From Candidatus Tenderia sp. (GTDB lineage: Bacteria; Pseudomonadota; Gammaproteobacteria; Tenderiales; Tenderiaceae): a DNA stretch of 64,000 bases. The stretch is from positions 22,376-86,375 of the forward strand of contig JANOSY010000088.1 in assembly GCA_031416075.1 (NCBI GenBank), in the 5' to 3' direction. The notes beneath the pieces are model-generated. The model was not told where the DNA came from, did not search any database, and saw only the letters and a program-made list of their open reading frames with translations. Numbering within the stretch: position 1 is the first letter of the stretch; each line of letters begins with the position of its first letter. The position numbers and the translations under genes are program-made. Of the stretch, positions 54,423 through 64,000 are shown in pieces.

Positions 54423-54884
54423 TTATCGGTTGTTCTGCTGTATTTCATGCCAGGCAACGTAGACCTCATCCGACCACAGGGATTGAAGCCAGACGATCAA
54501 CGCCTCCACCTCTGAATCACTCAATGTATCACGCCAGGCTGGCATCTTACCTTGACCGGCGGGACTCCCTTTGAGGATCATCTGTTTCAGTTCTGCTGTG
54601 GAGTGGTGCCAGGCATGACCACTGCCATCCAGTGGCGGCGGTAGAAACATGCCTTCGGTATCACGGTGACGCCAATCTTCCGCCCCGATGCCATTTTGAC
54701 CATGGCATTGGATACAGTGCTGACGATAGAGTGAATCTCCCAGTGCCACCTGCTGCGGGTCATGGTGACGCTGGAGTGCCGGCCCCGTGAACGAAGAGAT
54801 GCTGCGGCCCAGGCCGGGGGCGTGAGAGTCACATCCGGCCAGTGCCAGTACCGTTATCAGTAGTATTAGTGCGTTTCTATTCAT
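54423..54884 (-). CDS. c-type cytochrome lipoprotein
   Basis: Lipobox LAGC, CIQCHG heme motif, PPLDGSGHAWHH, MPAW. Confidence 0.85.
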   Translation of the reverse strand: MNRNALILLITVLALAGCDSHAPGLGRSISSFTGPALQRHHDPQQVALGDSLYRQHCIQCHGQNGIGAEDWRHRDTEGMFLPPPLDGSGHAWHHSTAELKQMILKGSPAGQGKMPAWRDTLSDSEVEALIVWLQSLWSDEVYVAWHEIQQNNR

Positions 54885-55076
54885 GTTGATCTCTATACAT
54901 ACTCCATAATTCTGCAATAGCAATAGGCTTTTTATTAATCAGGGTGTTAAACCCACCGTCACCAGAGCACCCGCAATAGCACGGCGGTTCAAAACAGAGG
55001 TTATATTTACACACGCCGGGTCGATACAGAGGGTAACGTTCGCGTCAGCACAAGGATATTTCAAACGGAGCACGGC

Positions 55077-55346
55077 ATGGGTTACGAATCTATTAAGAAC
55101 TATTACGAAACACTGGTGGTTTTTGAGCTCCAGGCCCAACTCAGCACCAATGAGGGCAGTGAAGACTTTGATTATATTGAGGATGTTGCCTGTGTTGCGC
55201 TGAACAAACTGCCACCGCGTTATGTGCGCCACCATGTCGATCTCATCTATTACCTCACTGACGAGGAGAAGACGAAGATGGAAAGTGCCGTGCGCATCGC
55301 TGTCAGCGACGCCCTGGCGTTTGTCACCAAACATCGGCAGCGCTGA
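55077..55346 (+). CDS. ComFB-family protein
   Basis: NYYE..V...DVACVALNKLPPRYVRH motif. Confidence 0.8.
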   Translation: MGYESIKNYYETLVVFELQAQLSTNEGSEDFDYIEDVACVALNKLPPRYVRHHVDLIYYLTDEEKTKMESAVRIAVSDALAFVTKHRQR

Positions 55347-55379
55347 AGAAAGGTTGCGGCCACGCCCCCTGTAAAAGGC

Positions 55380-56687
55380 CTATTCAGCCGGATCGGTGGT
55401 ATGTGGATCAAGCAGACTCTGACGCAACTGCCCCAACATGGAGAGCAGCTGAATATTGGCACCGGACTGGTCCAGACGGTTATTCAGTCGGCCAATCTGG
55501 GCGCGATAATGCTCCCCCCGTGCACTGATCAGATCTATCAACGTGCGCCGTGCCGCCGAGAACTGTAAATCGTAGGCCTTAACCACCGTGTGGCTCGCCT
55601 CCACCCACTCCTCCAGGCGTGGCGCAACAACACGTAACTCCTGCCAGTTGGCCCACAATCGCGCCACCTCACTCTGAAGCCTCAACAACTCGGTATCGAC
55701 CGCTGCCTGCGCCGCTAGCTTGCGCTGCACCGCCTCACGTTTACGGCTATAACTCGCGCCCCCCAACGGTAACTGGTAACGCAGCTGAAACTGGGTGGCG
55801 CGGTCAGTCGCGGTGACGGGGGTGGGGTCAATATTGGAACTTAAGGTTTGTCGCACCTCAAAATCAAGGCTGGGATAGAGTCCGGCGGCAGCAATCCCCA
55901 CCTCATCACCCCGAGCAACGGCCCGCTGCTGTGCGGCGCGAATGCGGCGATTATCTGTTAATACCTGTTCCAGCAATTGCTCTTGACTTAAGTTATCGAA
56001 AACAAAGGCCATTGCTGGTTCAATCAACAGCTCCGGTTCTGCTCCCACCAGCAATCGGTAAAACTGTTCGACGCCCCCTAGCTGCCCACGTAGCTGCGAC
56101 TGCTGTAATTCAGCCTGCATCAAGCTGTTACGGGCGTACTCCACATCCGCGACAGGGATTTTACCCAGCGTGGCGCGAAGGCCAATCTCCTCATTCAAAC
56201 GGCGATGTTCGACCAGATACGCATCACCCAACGCCAGCAATCCTCTGAGACGTAATACTTCTAGATAGATTTGAGATACCTGCAGTGCCACGCGCTCATG
56301 GGACTCATCCAGATCAGCAATACTCGCCCCACGCTCATGCTGAGCAACCGACACCGTTTGCCAATCTGCCAGTCCCCGAAACAGGTTCCAACGCACAAAA
56401 ACCTCGTTACGGCGGGTAGTGCGCTCCAGAGGTTGGCCAAATTGAATGTCACGGGCATCAGCCGCCACTGACTCCAGACCAACTATGGGGTAATAATTAG
56501 AGCGCGCCTGGATGATGCGCTCACTGGAGGCACTCAGCAGTGCCTGGCTACTGCGAATATCCGGGTGCTGCTGCAGTACTCGCTCCACCACTTCAGGCAG
56601 CGTGGCTGCGCTGCTCGAAGGCGGTAAAACCATCAGCAACAACACTATCCACCACCGGGGCAAACACATCGCTGGCAATGCCTTCAT
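55380..56687 (-). CDS. TolC-family outer membrane protein (LapE/AggA-like)
   Basis: Signal peptide, ARSNYYP, WNLFRG, QFSAARRTLIDL; operon with T1SS genes. Confidence 0.88.
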   Translation of the reverse strand: MKALPAMCLPRWWIVLLLMVLPPSSSAATLPEVVERVLQQHPDIRSSQALLSASSERIIQARSNYYPIVGLESVAADARDIQFGQPLERTTRRNEVFVRWNLFRGLADWQTVSVAQHERGASIADLDESHERVALQVSQIYLEVLRLRGLLALGDAYLVEHRRLNEEIGLRATLGKIPVADVEYARNSLMQAELQQSQLRGQLGGVEQFYRLLVGAEPELLIEPAMAFVFDNLSQEQLLEQVLTDNRRIRAAQQRAVARGDEVGIAAAGLYPSLDFEVRQTLSSNIDPTPVTATDRATQFQLRYQLPLGGASYSRKREAVQRKLAAQAAVDTELLRLQSEVARLWANWQELRVVAPRLEEWVEASHTVVKAYDLQFSAARRTLIDLISARGEHYRAQIGRLNNRLDQSGANIQLLSMLGQLRQSLLDPHTTDPAE

Positions 56688-57994
56688 CGCTCCCGCAACC
56701 CTTTATCCAACGTCTTCATCACGGGTTTAAGCAGATAATCAAGGACTGTTCTTTTGCCGGTGTGGATGCTGGTATCTGCAGACATACCGGATGATATGGT
56801 CAACCGCTCCTCAGGCTCGCCAAGGTAGTTACGATCGGTTTCAATATAGACCTCAAAGTAGGCCTCCTCCCGCTCATCCACCAGCGCATCGGCCCCGACA
56901 CGGAGTACCTTCCCCGTCAGGGAGCCAAAGATTGATGAGTCATACGCAGTGATGCGGACATTCACTACCTGCTCCGGACGGATAAAGGCGATATCTGCCG
57001 GTTTCACCCGTGCCGCGATCAACAATCTGTCGTTAACCGGCACCAGCTCCATAATGGTCTCACCGGCTTTGGCCACCCCACCCTCAGTGCTGATGATCAG
57101 GCGGTTGACGACCCCATCCATCGGTGACCGCAACTCACGTCGGTTCACCCGGTCTTGCTGGGCGGTGAGTTTTTCCGTCAGGGTGAGTGAATCCGCCGAC
57201 AGATCACTGAGTTCACGATTGCTCTCGGCACGATGTCGTGCCTCAACCTCTACCAACCGTGAACGGGTCTCCGCCAGCGCTGCATTGCTACGCTCCACGG
57301 CAATGCGGGCCGATTCAAGCTCTCCCTTTAACCGGCTGGACTCTTGACGCGCACGTAAGACATCCGTGGCCGCTCCCGCCTTCTGGGCCAGCAGCTGCTG
57401 CTCCATCGCCAGATTCTCATCCGCCAAGGTTAAGAGTGTTGTTAATGAGTCAACCCTAGATTGTGACTCCGCCAGCTCCTTATGGCGCTGGCGAATCTGA
57501 TCCTGCACAACGGCCACCGATGCCGCCAGCTCCCGACGTCGAGAGTTCCACAACTTTTTCTGCTGCGCCGTCAGCGCGGGTGCCTGCTGCTGCAACTGCT
57601 GGTTAAATACCAGCTCACCACCACTGAGTTCCGCATTCAGACGGGCCATAGCCGTCTGAATCGCATGCTGCGCCTTTGTCCCCTCACCCAGGTCCGCGTT
57701 GTACTGCAGATTTTCCACATACGCCAGTAAATCACCGCGCTTCACCGCCTGCCCTTCACGCACGGCAATGTCCCGGATAATCCCCCCTTCCATGCTCTGA
57801 ATTGTCTGTACCCGGCTACTGGGAACCACTTTACCCATCGCATTCACCGAAATATCCAGTCTGGCAACACTCATCCATAAAAACACCAGCACCATAAACA
57901 GGGCCAGCACCGCAAGCAAGATATAGGCAGCCTTGCGCGGTCCACGATCCATGTCGGGATCAGACAGAAATGGGGTTGAACTCATGTCGCTCAC
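56684..57994 (-). CDS. HlyD-family T1SS periplasmic adaptor (LapC-like)
   Basis: GKVVPSSRVQTIQSMEGG, LRSPMDGVV, TVLDYLLKP. Confidence 0.92.
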   Translation of the reverse strand: MSDMSSTPFLSDPDMDRGPRKAAYILLAVLALFMVLVFLWMSVARLDISVNAMGKVVPSSRVQTIQSMEGGIIRDIAVREGQAVKRGDLLAYVENLQYNADLGEGTKAQHAIQTAMARLNAELSGGELVFNQQLQQQAPALTAQQKKLWNSRRRELAASVAVVQDQIRQRHKELAESQSRVDSLTTLLTLADENLAMEQQLLAQKAGAATDVLRARQESSRLKGELESARIAVERSNAALAETRSRLVEVEARHRAESNRELSDLSADSLTLTEKLTAQQDRVNRRELRSPMDGVVNRLIISTEGGVAKAGETIMELVPVNDRLLIAARVKPADIAFIRPEQVVNVRITAYDSSIFGSLTGKVLRVGADALVDEREEAYFEVYIETDRNYLGEPEERLTISSGMSADTSIHTGKRTVLDYLLKPVMKTLDKGLRER

Positions 57995-60102
57995 GAGGTA
58001 CCCCCCGATTGCAGACGGCGCAGCACCTCATCACGCGGACCATCCAGCAGTACCCGTCCCTGATCAATCACCACCAGCCGATCCACCAGCGGCAACAACA
58101 CCGAACGGTGGGTTACAAGCAACATCGTTGTATCCTTAAATTCACGCAGATGGGCAATCAGCTGATTTTCGGTCGCTGGATCCATCATGCTGCTCGGCTC
58201 ATCCAGCAGCAACATTTTAGGCCGCTGCACCAGGGCACGGGCAATCGCAACGGCCTGGCGCTGGCCGCCGGAAAGACGCTCACCACGTTCACCCACCTCA
58301 CTGCCCAATCCATCAGGCAGCTGCGCCAATGTCTCTTCCAGGCAGGCGCTACGTACCGCCTGCAACAGATCCGCATCACTGACATTGGCAGAGCCGAGCA
58401 AAATGTTTTCACGAATGGTGCCATGAAACAGAATGATGTCCTGTGGCACATAACCGATCTGGCGACGCAAACTGAGCGGTTCCATCTGGTTGACCGCCAC
58501 CTTATCCACCAGTACCGTCCCCTGCTCTGGGGTATAGATATTTAACAACAACTTCAGTAACGTGCTTTTCCCTGAACCGATCCGGCCAATAAAACCGACC
58601 TTCTCACCGGGATTGATTTTCAGGTTCAGCCCCTTAAGCAGCGGCGGCAAGTTGGGGTAACCAAACGCAACATCACGCAGCTCGATCGCCCCCCGCATTG
58701 CGGGCATCTGCAGACTACCGGCCTGATCGTCAGTGGGTGCTTCCATCACCTTATCCAGGGCATGCAGCGCAATTTTGGTCTGCTCCCAGCGGATGATAAG
58801 ACCGGCCACCTGCGCGGCTGGCGCAATTGCGCGCGAGGCGAGCATGGAAACAGCAATCAACTGCCCAAGTGTCATCTCCTGTGTTGCGACCAACATTGCG
58901 CCAAACATCACCAGCAGAATCATATTCAACGCCGTCAACATGGCTGACAGGTTGGAACCCAGCGCAGTAATCTCACGCATCCGCAGTCCGTTGCCCGCCA
59001 TCTGCACCGTCAACATCTCCCAGCGGCGGCGCGCCCACGCCTCTGCTCCCAACCCCTTAACCGTATCCAACCCATTCATCACTTCAAATAGATGGGCAGT
59101 ACGTTGAGAACTCTCCTTCATATTTTCGTTGAGCACCCGTGACAGTGGTCGGCGCAAGAGCCAGGTCAACCCTAACATGAGGGGGATAATCACCAGCGGC
59201 ACCAGCACCAACCACCCGCCAATCAGCGCTATCACTGCCAAAAACAGGAACATAAAAGGCAGATCGCCCACCAGCGTCAAGGTAGTCGAGGTAAAAAAAT
59301 CACGGACCGTCTCAAAATCACGCACCACATTGGCCAGAACACCACCAGAGGCCGGACGGCTGGCAGCGCGCATCCGCAAGGTATGGGCAAATATATGAGA
59401 AGAGAGCGCCACATCCGCCTTACGTGCGGCCGCTTCCAGCAGGTAACTGCGCAGTAACTTAACCACCATATCAACGCCAATCACCACCACCACGGCAGTG
59501 GTCAATACCCAAAGGCTATCGAGTGCATTATTAGGCACTACCCGGTCGTAAACCGCCATGGTGTAAAAAGGGACAACAATGGCCAACAGGTTAATGGCCA
59601 CCGTACCCAACAGTGCCCACAGGTAAATGGTGCGGTTGGCCTGAAACACATCCCAGAACCAACGGCGGCGCTGCGGCAAATGGTAGAGCAGGCTACGGGC
59701 ATCAAAGTGGAATGCTGGCCGCGCAAAATACCAGTGACCAGGATAGTCTTTAAGAAACTGCTCCAATGGCAACCAATGGCTACCATCGATACCCGGCAAA
59801 GAAAGCTCCACCCGCTCACCCTCACGGGCAAGCACAACAGCGGCATCTCCCTCAGAGGTCAATACCAGAGCAGGCAACATTGACCCTTTGATATGAGCTG
59901 GCACCACTTTCGATAAAGTTAAGGCCAGTCCGGCACGTGCCGCACACTCAACCATCTCGACAGACGTAACAACACCTGCTGGCAAAGGCACGCCCGCCAC
60001 CAACTGCTCAGCATCAACACTGCGACCAAAGTAACGTGCTAAAAAGAGTATCCGGTCAAGCACCACATCTGCCGGACTAGTAGGGTTTAACGTTGATGAC
60101 AT
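57991..60102 (-). CDS. Type I secretion permease/ATPase (LapB-like, C39-like N-terminus)
   Basis: VYDRVVPN, GRIGSGKST, LSGGQRQ, LLDEPSS. Confidence 0.93.
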   Translation of the reverse strand: MSSTLNPTSPADVVLDRILFLARYFGRSVDAEQLVAGVPLPAGVVTSVEMVECAARAGLALTLSKVVPAHIKGSMLPALVLTSEGDAAVVLAREGERVELSLPGIDGSHWLPLEQFLKDYPGHWYFARPAFHFDARSLLYHLPQRRRWFWDVFQANRTIYLWALLGTVAINLLAIVVPFYTMAVYDRVVPNNALDSLWVLTTAVVVVIGVDMVVKLLRSYLLEAAARKADVALSSHIFAHTLRMRAASRPASGGVLANVVRDFETVRDFFTSTTLTLVGDLPFMFLFLAVIALIGGWLVLVPLVIIPLMLGLTWLLRRPLSRVLNENMKESSQRTAHLFEVMNGLDTVKGLGAEAWARRRWEMLTVQMAGNGLRMREITALGSNLSAMLTALNMILLVMFGAMLVATQEMTLGQLIAVSMLASRAIAPAAQVAGLIIRWEQTKIALHALDKVMEAPTDDQAGSLQMPAMRGAIELRDVAFGYPNLPPLLKGLNLKINPGEKVGFIGRIGSGKSTLLKLLLNIYTPEQGTVLVDKVAVNQMEPLSLRRQIGYVPQDIILFHGTIRENILLGSANVSDADLLQAVRSACLEETLAQLPDGLGSEVGERGERLSGGQRQAVAIARALVQRPKMLLLDEPSSMMDPATENQLIAHLREFKDTTMLLVTHRSVLLPLVDRLVVIDQGRVLLDGPRDEVLRRLQSGGTS

Positions 60103-60180
60103 ACGAAATTATGCGAGCCTTTATTCATTAGCAGCAAACCAATACACAGTCACTGGTGGCTGCTTCAACCAAAAATCTAA

Positions 60181-60220
60181 ACCAAAAGGTGAAAGCAGCG
60201 ACTGAACACTGCCTTCACCT
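60181..60220 (-). terminator. Terminator after the adhesin gene
   Basis: Minus strand AGGTGAAGGCAG...CTGCTTTCACCTTTT. Confidence 0.65.
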
Positions 60221-60269
60221 AAATGGCTACAACAACTTACAGACTACACGTATCAGGCTCAAGATATGA

Positions 60270-63200
60270 TCAGGCCGCTGCCTGATCATAAAGATCAGCC
60301 ATCTGCTTCATCACATCCAGCGCTGCACTCTCTGTCGCCATGCTGCTATCAGTTGACTGGCTCTGTTCAGCAACTGCGGCAACAGGAGCCGCAACATTAT
60401 CAAGCAGACTATCAAGATTGATCTCATTGCTGAGCAGGTCATCAATATTTGGCAGCTCCACGCCCGCAGCAGCGGCATCGACTGCCGAGACTCTGAAGTA
60501 GAGATCAGTCATATCGACCACGCTACCGTCGGCCAAGGTGGCATCACTACGCTCCAGATGCAGATTACCACTGTTATCCAGGAACGGCAGATCGATATAG
60601 GCCACTGTCAGGCTACTGACACCAGCCTCACCGAGAGTGAGCAACTCACCCGCGTCGGTCTGGTGGTTGCCGTTGGCATCCTGCCAGATCTTGAGGCTGG
60701 CAAAGTCGTCATCTTTGGCATCCACCACACCGTCGCCATTACTATCAAAACTGGCGAGTTTGGCGAAACCGTCACCCTTCTTGTTACCACCAAACAGCTC
60801 GGCAATGCTATCGATCTTACCGTTGCCGCTGGTATCGATGGCTAGGAAGCCGTCATCGCCGGAGAGCCAGCCGGACTGGATGGCATTGCCATTGCCCAGC
60901 AGGTCGAAACTGCCTGTTGCGTTACTGCGAGAGACTGTATGGATACCGTCGCCGTTCAGGTCGATGACGATCGGGGTGATGCCAGCATCCCTTGTCATGT
61001 CATTTTGCCCTGACACTAGCGTGAACTGGCTGGTTAGGGTCACGTTCGTCTTCGCCACCGCGTCGCCAGCAACATCAGAATCAATCGCGTCATTCGCGCC
61101 CTGGTCTTTCTTGGACCACATCCAGCCATTCATGTTAGCTCCGGCGTACGACACGTTCGCCTTGTCGAAGCGCAACTGGTAAGTACCAGCATTCAGGTTA
61201 GTGAAACTATAATTGCCGGACGAATTGGTAGTGGTCGTCGCCACGGTCGCCCCGTTGCCGTCCAACAACGCCACCTTGACGCCACCAATACCGGATTCAC
61301 CCACATCCTGAATATTGTCGTGATCCTTATCTTCCCAGACGAGGTTGCCGACGGAAGATTTTGTCGGTGTCGTCACCACAGGTTCGCAGGCAGTGGTTTT
61401 GGCAGACAACTGATCAATCTTGAAGTAGTCATTCGACTCGTCAGGTTTGGCGGCGATGATCAGCACATTGCCTTCGACATTGCCACTGTTAAAGTCTGCC
61501 CAGCGGGCCGAGGTCAGCGTGGTACTGTTGATCTCGGTGAATCCCATGCTGCTCAGGACTGCATCGCTCAAGGTCAGATGGTTGGAGAACGGCGTGGTGA
61601 CCGTGCCGATCCAGACCTTGATATCGCTGTCGCCGATTACATACCCAAGATAGGCCTTGTCGACCACTACCTCTTGCGAGAACTCAAACAGGACGTAATT
61701 GTTACGGCCGGAGTTATCCACTGTGTGAGCGTTGTTGCTGCTGCCCGATCCTTCGCCGCTGTCGGTCACGCCCAGGCCACCGCCATAGCTGCCGAGCCAC
61801 GCCTTAGACCAGTTACCGCTGCCGTCGCGGCTGAAGGCGCTGGCATTGACGGAGACACCGTTAGAGCTATAGGTACGGATATTGCCGTCAGTACCGTCCG
61901 TAGAGGAGCTGCCGTTAAAGTCGTAGCTAAGGGCCACGATTGGGGCAACAAGACCCGCATCCCAGGAGAGGTCGTTTTCACCCGCCGTCAGCATGGTCAA
62001 CACGCTCTTACCACTGCTATCCACATCGGAATCGATAGCGTCATTGCTGCCCTGATCTTTGGCAGTAAAGCTGTAGCCCGCCGGTGCAACAACCTTGATT
62101 GCATAGTCACCGGGAAGCAGATTACTGAACAGATAGTTGCCGTTGGCATCAGTGACCGTGCTGGCGGCCACAGCGCCACTCGCGTTCAACAGTTTCACCG
62201 TAACGCCACTCGCCCCTTTTTCACCCGTATCCTGCAGACCGTTGCCGTTGCAATCAATCCAGACACGATCACCAATACTCTGCTTGTTATCAGGCACTGT
62301 GTAGTTTGCCGCATCTTTATCAGTCACCTTCACACCGGTAATGATATCGGTTCCAACCACTGTGCCGATGTTGGTATGCAACCCTGCCGTTGCCGCCTCT
62401 TTGGCGGTGTAGGTCCAGGTTTCATTAAGATCAAGCAGATTGTTGCCATTGGTATCGCCGCCGACAAATGTCAGCGACGATATCCTGTCGTCTGTCACAG
62501 TGATATTGCCCAGCGCGACAGTACCCACATTTTTCACCACATACGTAAAGATCGCCTCGCCCACCAGCGGAATGAAAAGCCCAGGTGCAGTATCTGCGTC
62601 CAGGTTTTCAGTCTCAATTACCGTGGAACCACCAGGAGTAGAACCCCCTTTGTCGCACTCTGAATCATCTTCGTCTGAATCATCTTCGTCTGAATCATCT
62701 CCGCCTGAATAATTCCCGTCTGAATCATCTCCGCCTGAATAATTTCCGTCTGAATGTGAGGATTCATCCTCCGATTCATGCTCTTTCCACTCGTCAGACG
62801 TCTGGGGACATTCGTCCCCTTTTGGAGTCTCAACCGTATACCGACCACGCACATACTTCTCAATATCAATTGCAGCATTAGATACGATGCCGGCATCAAT
62901 GGTCCGATTATTCTCACCGGAAGTGAGTGTGACAACCTGACTCAAACCCGTTGTTACATTTACATCCGAATCAGAAGAGTCGCTACCCACATCAGCTGTA
63001 GTGAAGCTTGTTCCCGTCGGCTTACTAAACTGCACCTGATACTCAACGCCCGGCGTCAGAGCGGCAAACTGGTAACCTCCATCTGTCCCTGTGATCGTCG
63101 TAGCTGTAGTGTTGTCAGTAGTGGTACTGATCAAGCCATCTGCCCCACCGCCGATCAAAGTAACGATCTGACCACTGAGACCTACTTCACCACTGTCCAG

Positions 63201-64000
63201 CACACCATTAGCATTACTGTCGATCCAAACACGATCACCGAGACTGGCGTTGTTCACCACCACGGCAACAAGCCCAGCATCGAGGCTGAGGGTGTTTTCA
63301 CCCGAGACGAGGGTGACGGCGGCGCTCAGGCCGCTGTCGTTGACGTCGCTGTCGCTGGCGTCGTTGCCCTGGTCCTGCTGGGTGAAGGTGTAGCCCGCCG
63401 GTTTGACGATTTCGATGCGGTAGCTGCCGGGAGCCAGGTCGGTGAACCGGTAGTAGCCGGGGTTGCCCGCGCTGTCGTTGGCGGTGGTGGTGGTCTTGAG
63501 GGTGGCACCTGTGCTGTCGAGCAGATTGACGGTGACGCCGTTGTGGCCGCTGGGGCCGTCGTTCTGCTGGCCGTCGCTGTTGCTGTCGAGCCAGACGTAG
63601 TCGCCGAGGCTGGCGCTTTTGTACATGCCGGCGTCGATGCTGGTGTTGGTTTCGCCGGCCACGACGCTGTAGCAGCCGGTGTAGCCGGTGCTGCTGTTGG
63701 CGTCGCTGTCGAGCAGGTCGTCGCTGCCGATGTTGGCGCTGCTGAGCAGGGAGCCGTCGCTGGCGATGAAGCGGACGATGTAGTCGCCCGGCATGAGGTT
63801 GCTGAAGCTGTAGCTGCCGATCGGGGCGCTGCCCGTGCCGTCGGCGGTGGTGGTGCTGTCCACCAGGGTGCCGGGGAGGCCGTTGACGCAGGTGTAGAGT
63901 TCGACGGTGACGCCGGCCTTGCCCACTTCGTTGCTCTCTTGCAGGCCGTTGCCGTTGGCATCAACCCAGACGCTGTCGCCGATGCGGGCGGTGTTGGGGG
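60270..64000 (-). CDS. Large T1SS-secreted adhesin with SdrD B-like repeats (5'-truncated by the window edge)
   Basis: Repeats of S.GD.VW.D.N.NG.QD...GVTV.L...Y.F..L.PG.Y...DSD...DAG; reading frame stays open upstream of 63926 to 64000 (NTARIGDSVWVDANGNG). Confidence 0.9.
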   Translation of the reverse strand, partial: PNTARIGDSVWVDANGNGLQESNEVGKAGVTVELYTCVNGLPGTLVDSTTTADGTGSAPIGSYSFSNLMPGDYIVRFIASDGSLLSSANIGSDDLLDSDANSSTGYTGCYSVVAGETNTSIDAGMYKSASLGDYVWLDSNSDGQQNDGPSGHNGVTVNLLDSTGATLKTTTTANDSAGNPGYYRFTDLAPGSYRIEIVKPAGYTFTQQDQGNDASDSDVNDSGLSAAVTLVSGENTLSLDAGLVAVVVNNASLGDRVWIDSNANGVLDSGEVGLSGQIVTLIGGGADGLISTTTDNTTATTITGTDGGYQFAALTPGVEYQVQFSKPTGTSFTTADVGSDSSDSDVNVTTGLSQVVTLTSGENNRTIDAGIVSNAAIDIEKYVRGRYTVETPKGDECPQTSDEWKEHESEDESSHSDGNYSGGDDSDGNYSGGDDSDEDDSDEDDSECDKGGSTPGGSTVIETENLDADTAPGLFIPLVGEAIFTYVVKNVGTVALGNITVTDDRISSLTFVGGDTNGNNLLDLNETWTYTAKEAATAGLHTNIGTVVGTDIITGVKVTDKDAANYTVPDNKQSIGDRVWIDCNGNGLQDTGEKGASGVTVKLLNASGAVAASTVTDANGNYLFSNLLPGDYAIKVVAPAGYSFTAKDQGSNDAIDSDVDSSGKSVLTMLTAGENDLSWDAGLVAPIVALSYDFNGSSSTDGTDGNIRTYSSNGVSVNASAFSRDGSGNWSKAWLGSYGGGLGVTDSGEGSGSSNNAHTVDNSGRNNYVLFEFSQEVVVDKAYLGYVIGDSDIKVWIGTVTTPFSNHLTLSDAVLSSMGFTEINSTTLTSARWADFNSGNVEGNVLIIAAKPDESNDYFKIDQLSAKTTACEPVVTTPTKSSVGNLVWEDKDHDNIQDVGESGIGGVKVALLDGNGATVATTTTNSSGNYSFTNLNAGTYQLRFDKANVSYAGANMNGWMWSKKDQGANDAIDSDVAGDAVAKTNVTLTSQFTLVSGQNDMTRDAGITPIVIDLNGDGIHTVSRSNATGSFDLLGNGNAIQSGWLSGDDGFLAIDTSGNGKIDSIAELFGGNKKGDGFAKLASFDSNGDGVVDAKDDDFASLKIWQDANGNHQTDAGELLTLGEAGVSSLTVAYIDLPFLDNSGNLHLERSDATLADGSVVDMTDLYFRVSAVDAAAAGVELPNIDDLLSNEINLDSLLDNVAAPVAAVAEQSQSTDSSMATESAALDVMKQMADLYDQAAA
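62659..62755. repeat. 15-bp-period tandem repeat encoding an acidic D/S/G tract
   Basis: TCTGAATCATCT(T/C)CG units at 62659, 62674, 62689, 62719 alternating with CCTGAATAATT(C/T)CCG. Confidence 0.85.

Noticed and set aside
61320-62663. 447-aa plus-strand ORF
   Set aside because: Antisense shadow of the adhesin gene

Overview
Gammaproteobacterial chromosome segment. The conserved backbone, mostly on the minus strand, contains clpP-tig, a five-tRNA cluster, aroC, hemN, prmB, ald, tadA, guaBA, xseA, the tRNA-fMet/rimP/nusA/infB/rbfA/truB/rpsO/pnp operon, sspAB and copA. Five accessory modules interrupt it. (1) A toxin/immunity-like pair lies between guaA and tadA. (2) A 14-kb four-gene DUF11-type operon with a sigma54-type promoter lies between guaB and xseA. 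Its split-domain pattern (donor-only outer-membrane anchor, donor+acceptor shaft, acceptor-only tip adhesin, non-reactive acceptor) suggests a covalently polymerised donor-strand fimbria. (3) Two unannotated micro-ORFs made almost entirely of Gly and Met sit in duplicated, structured transcription units convergent with an AsnB-like amidotransferase and an ABC exporter. (4) Two paralogous C-rich-loop sRNA candidates with identically spaced LysR boxes are divergent from a CbbR-like regulator with no adjacent cbb genes. (5) A Lap-like type I secretion system accompanies a large SdrD-B-repeat adhesin that runs off the window end. Family assignments come from motif recognition by eye, not database searches.
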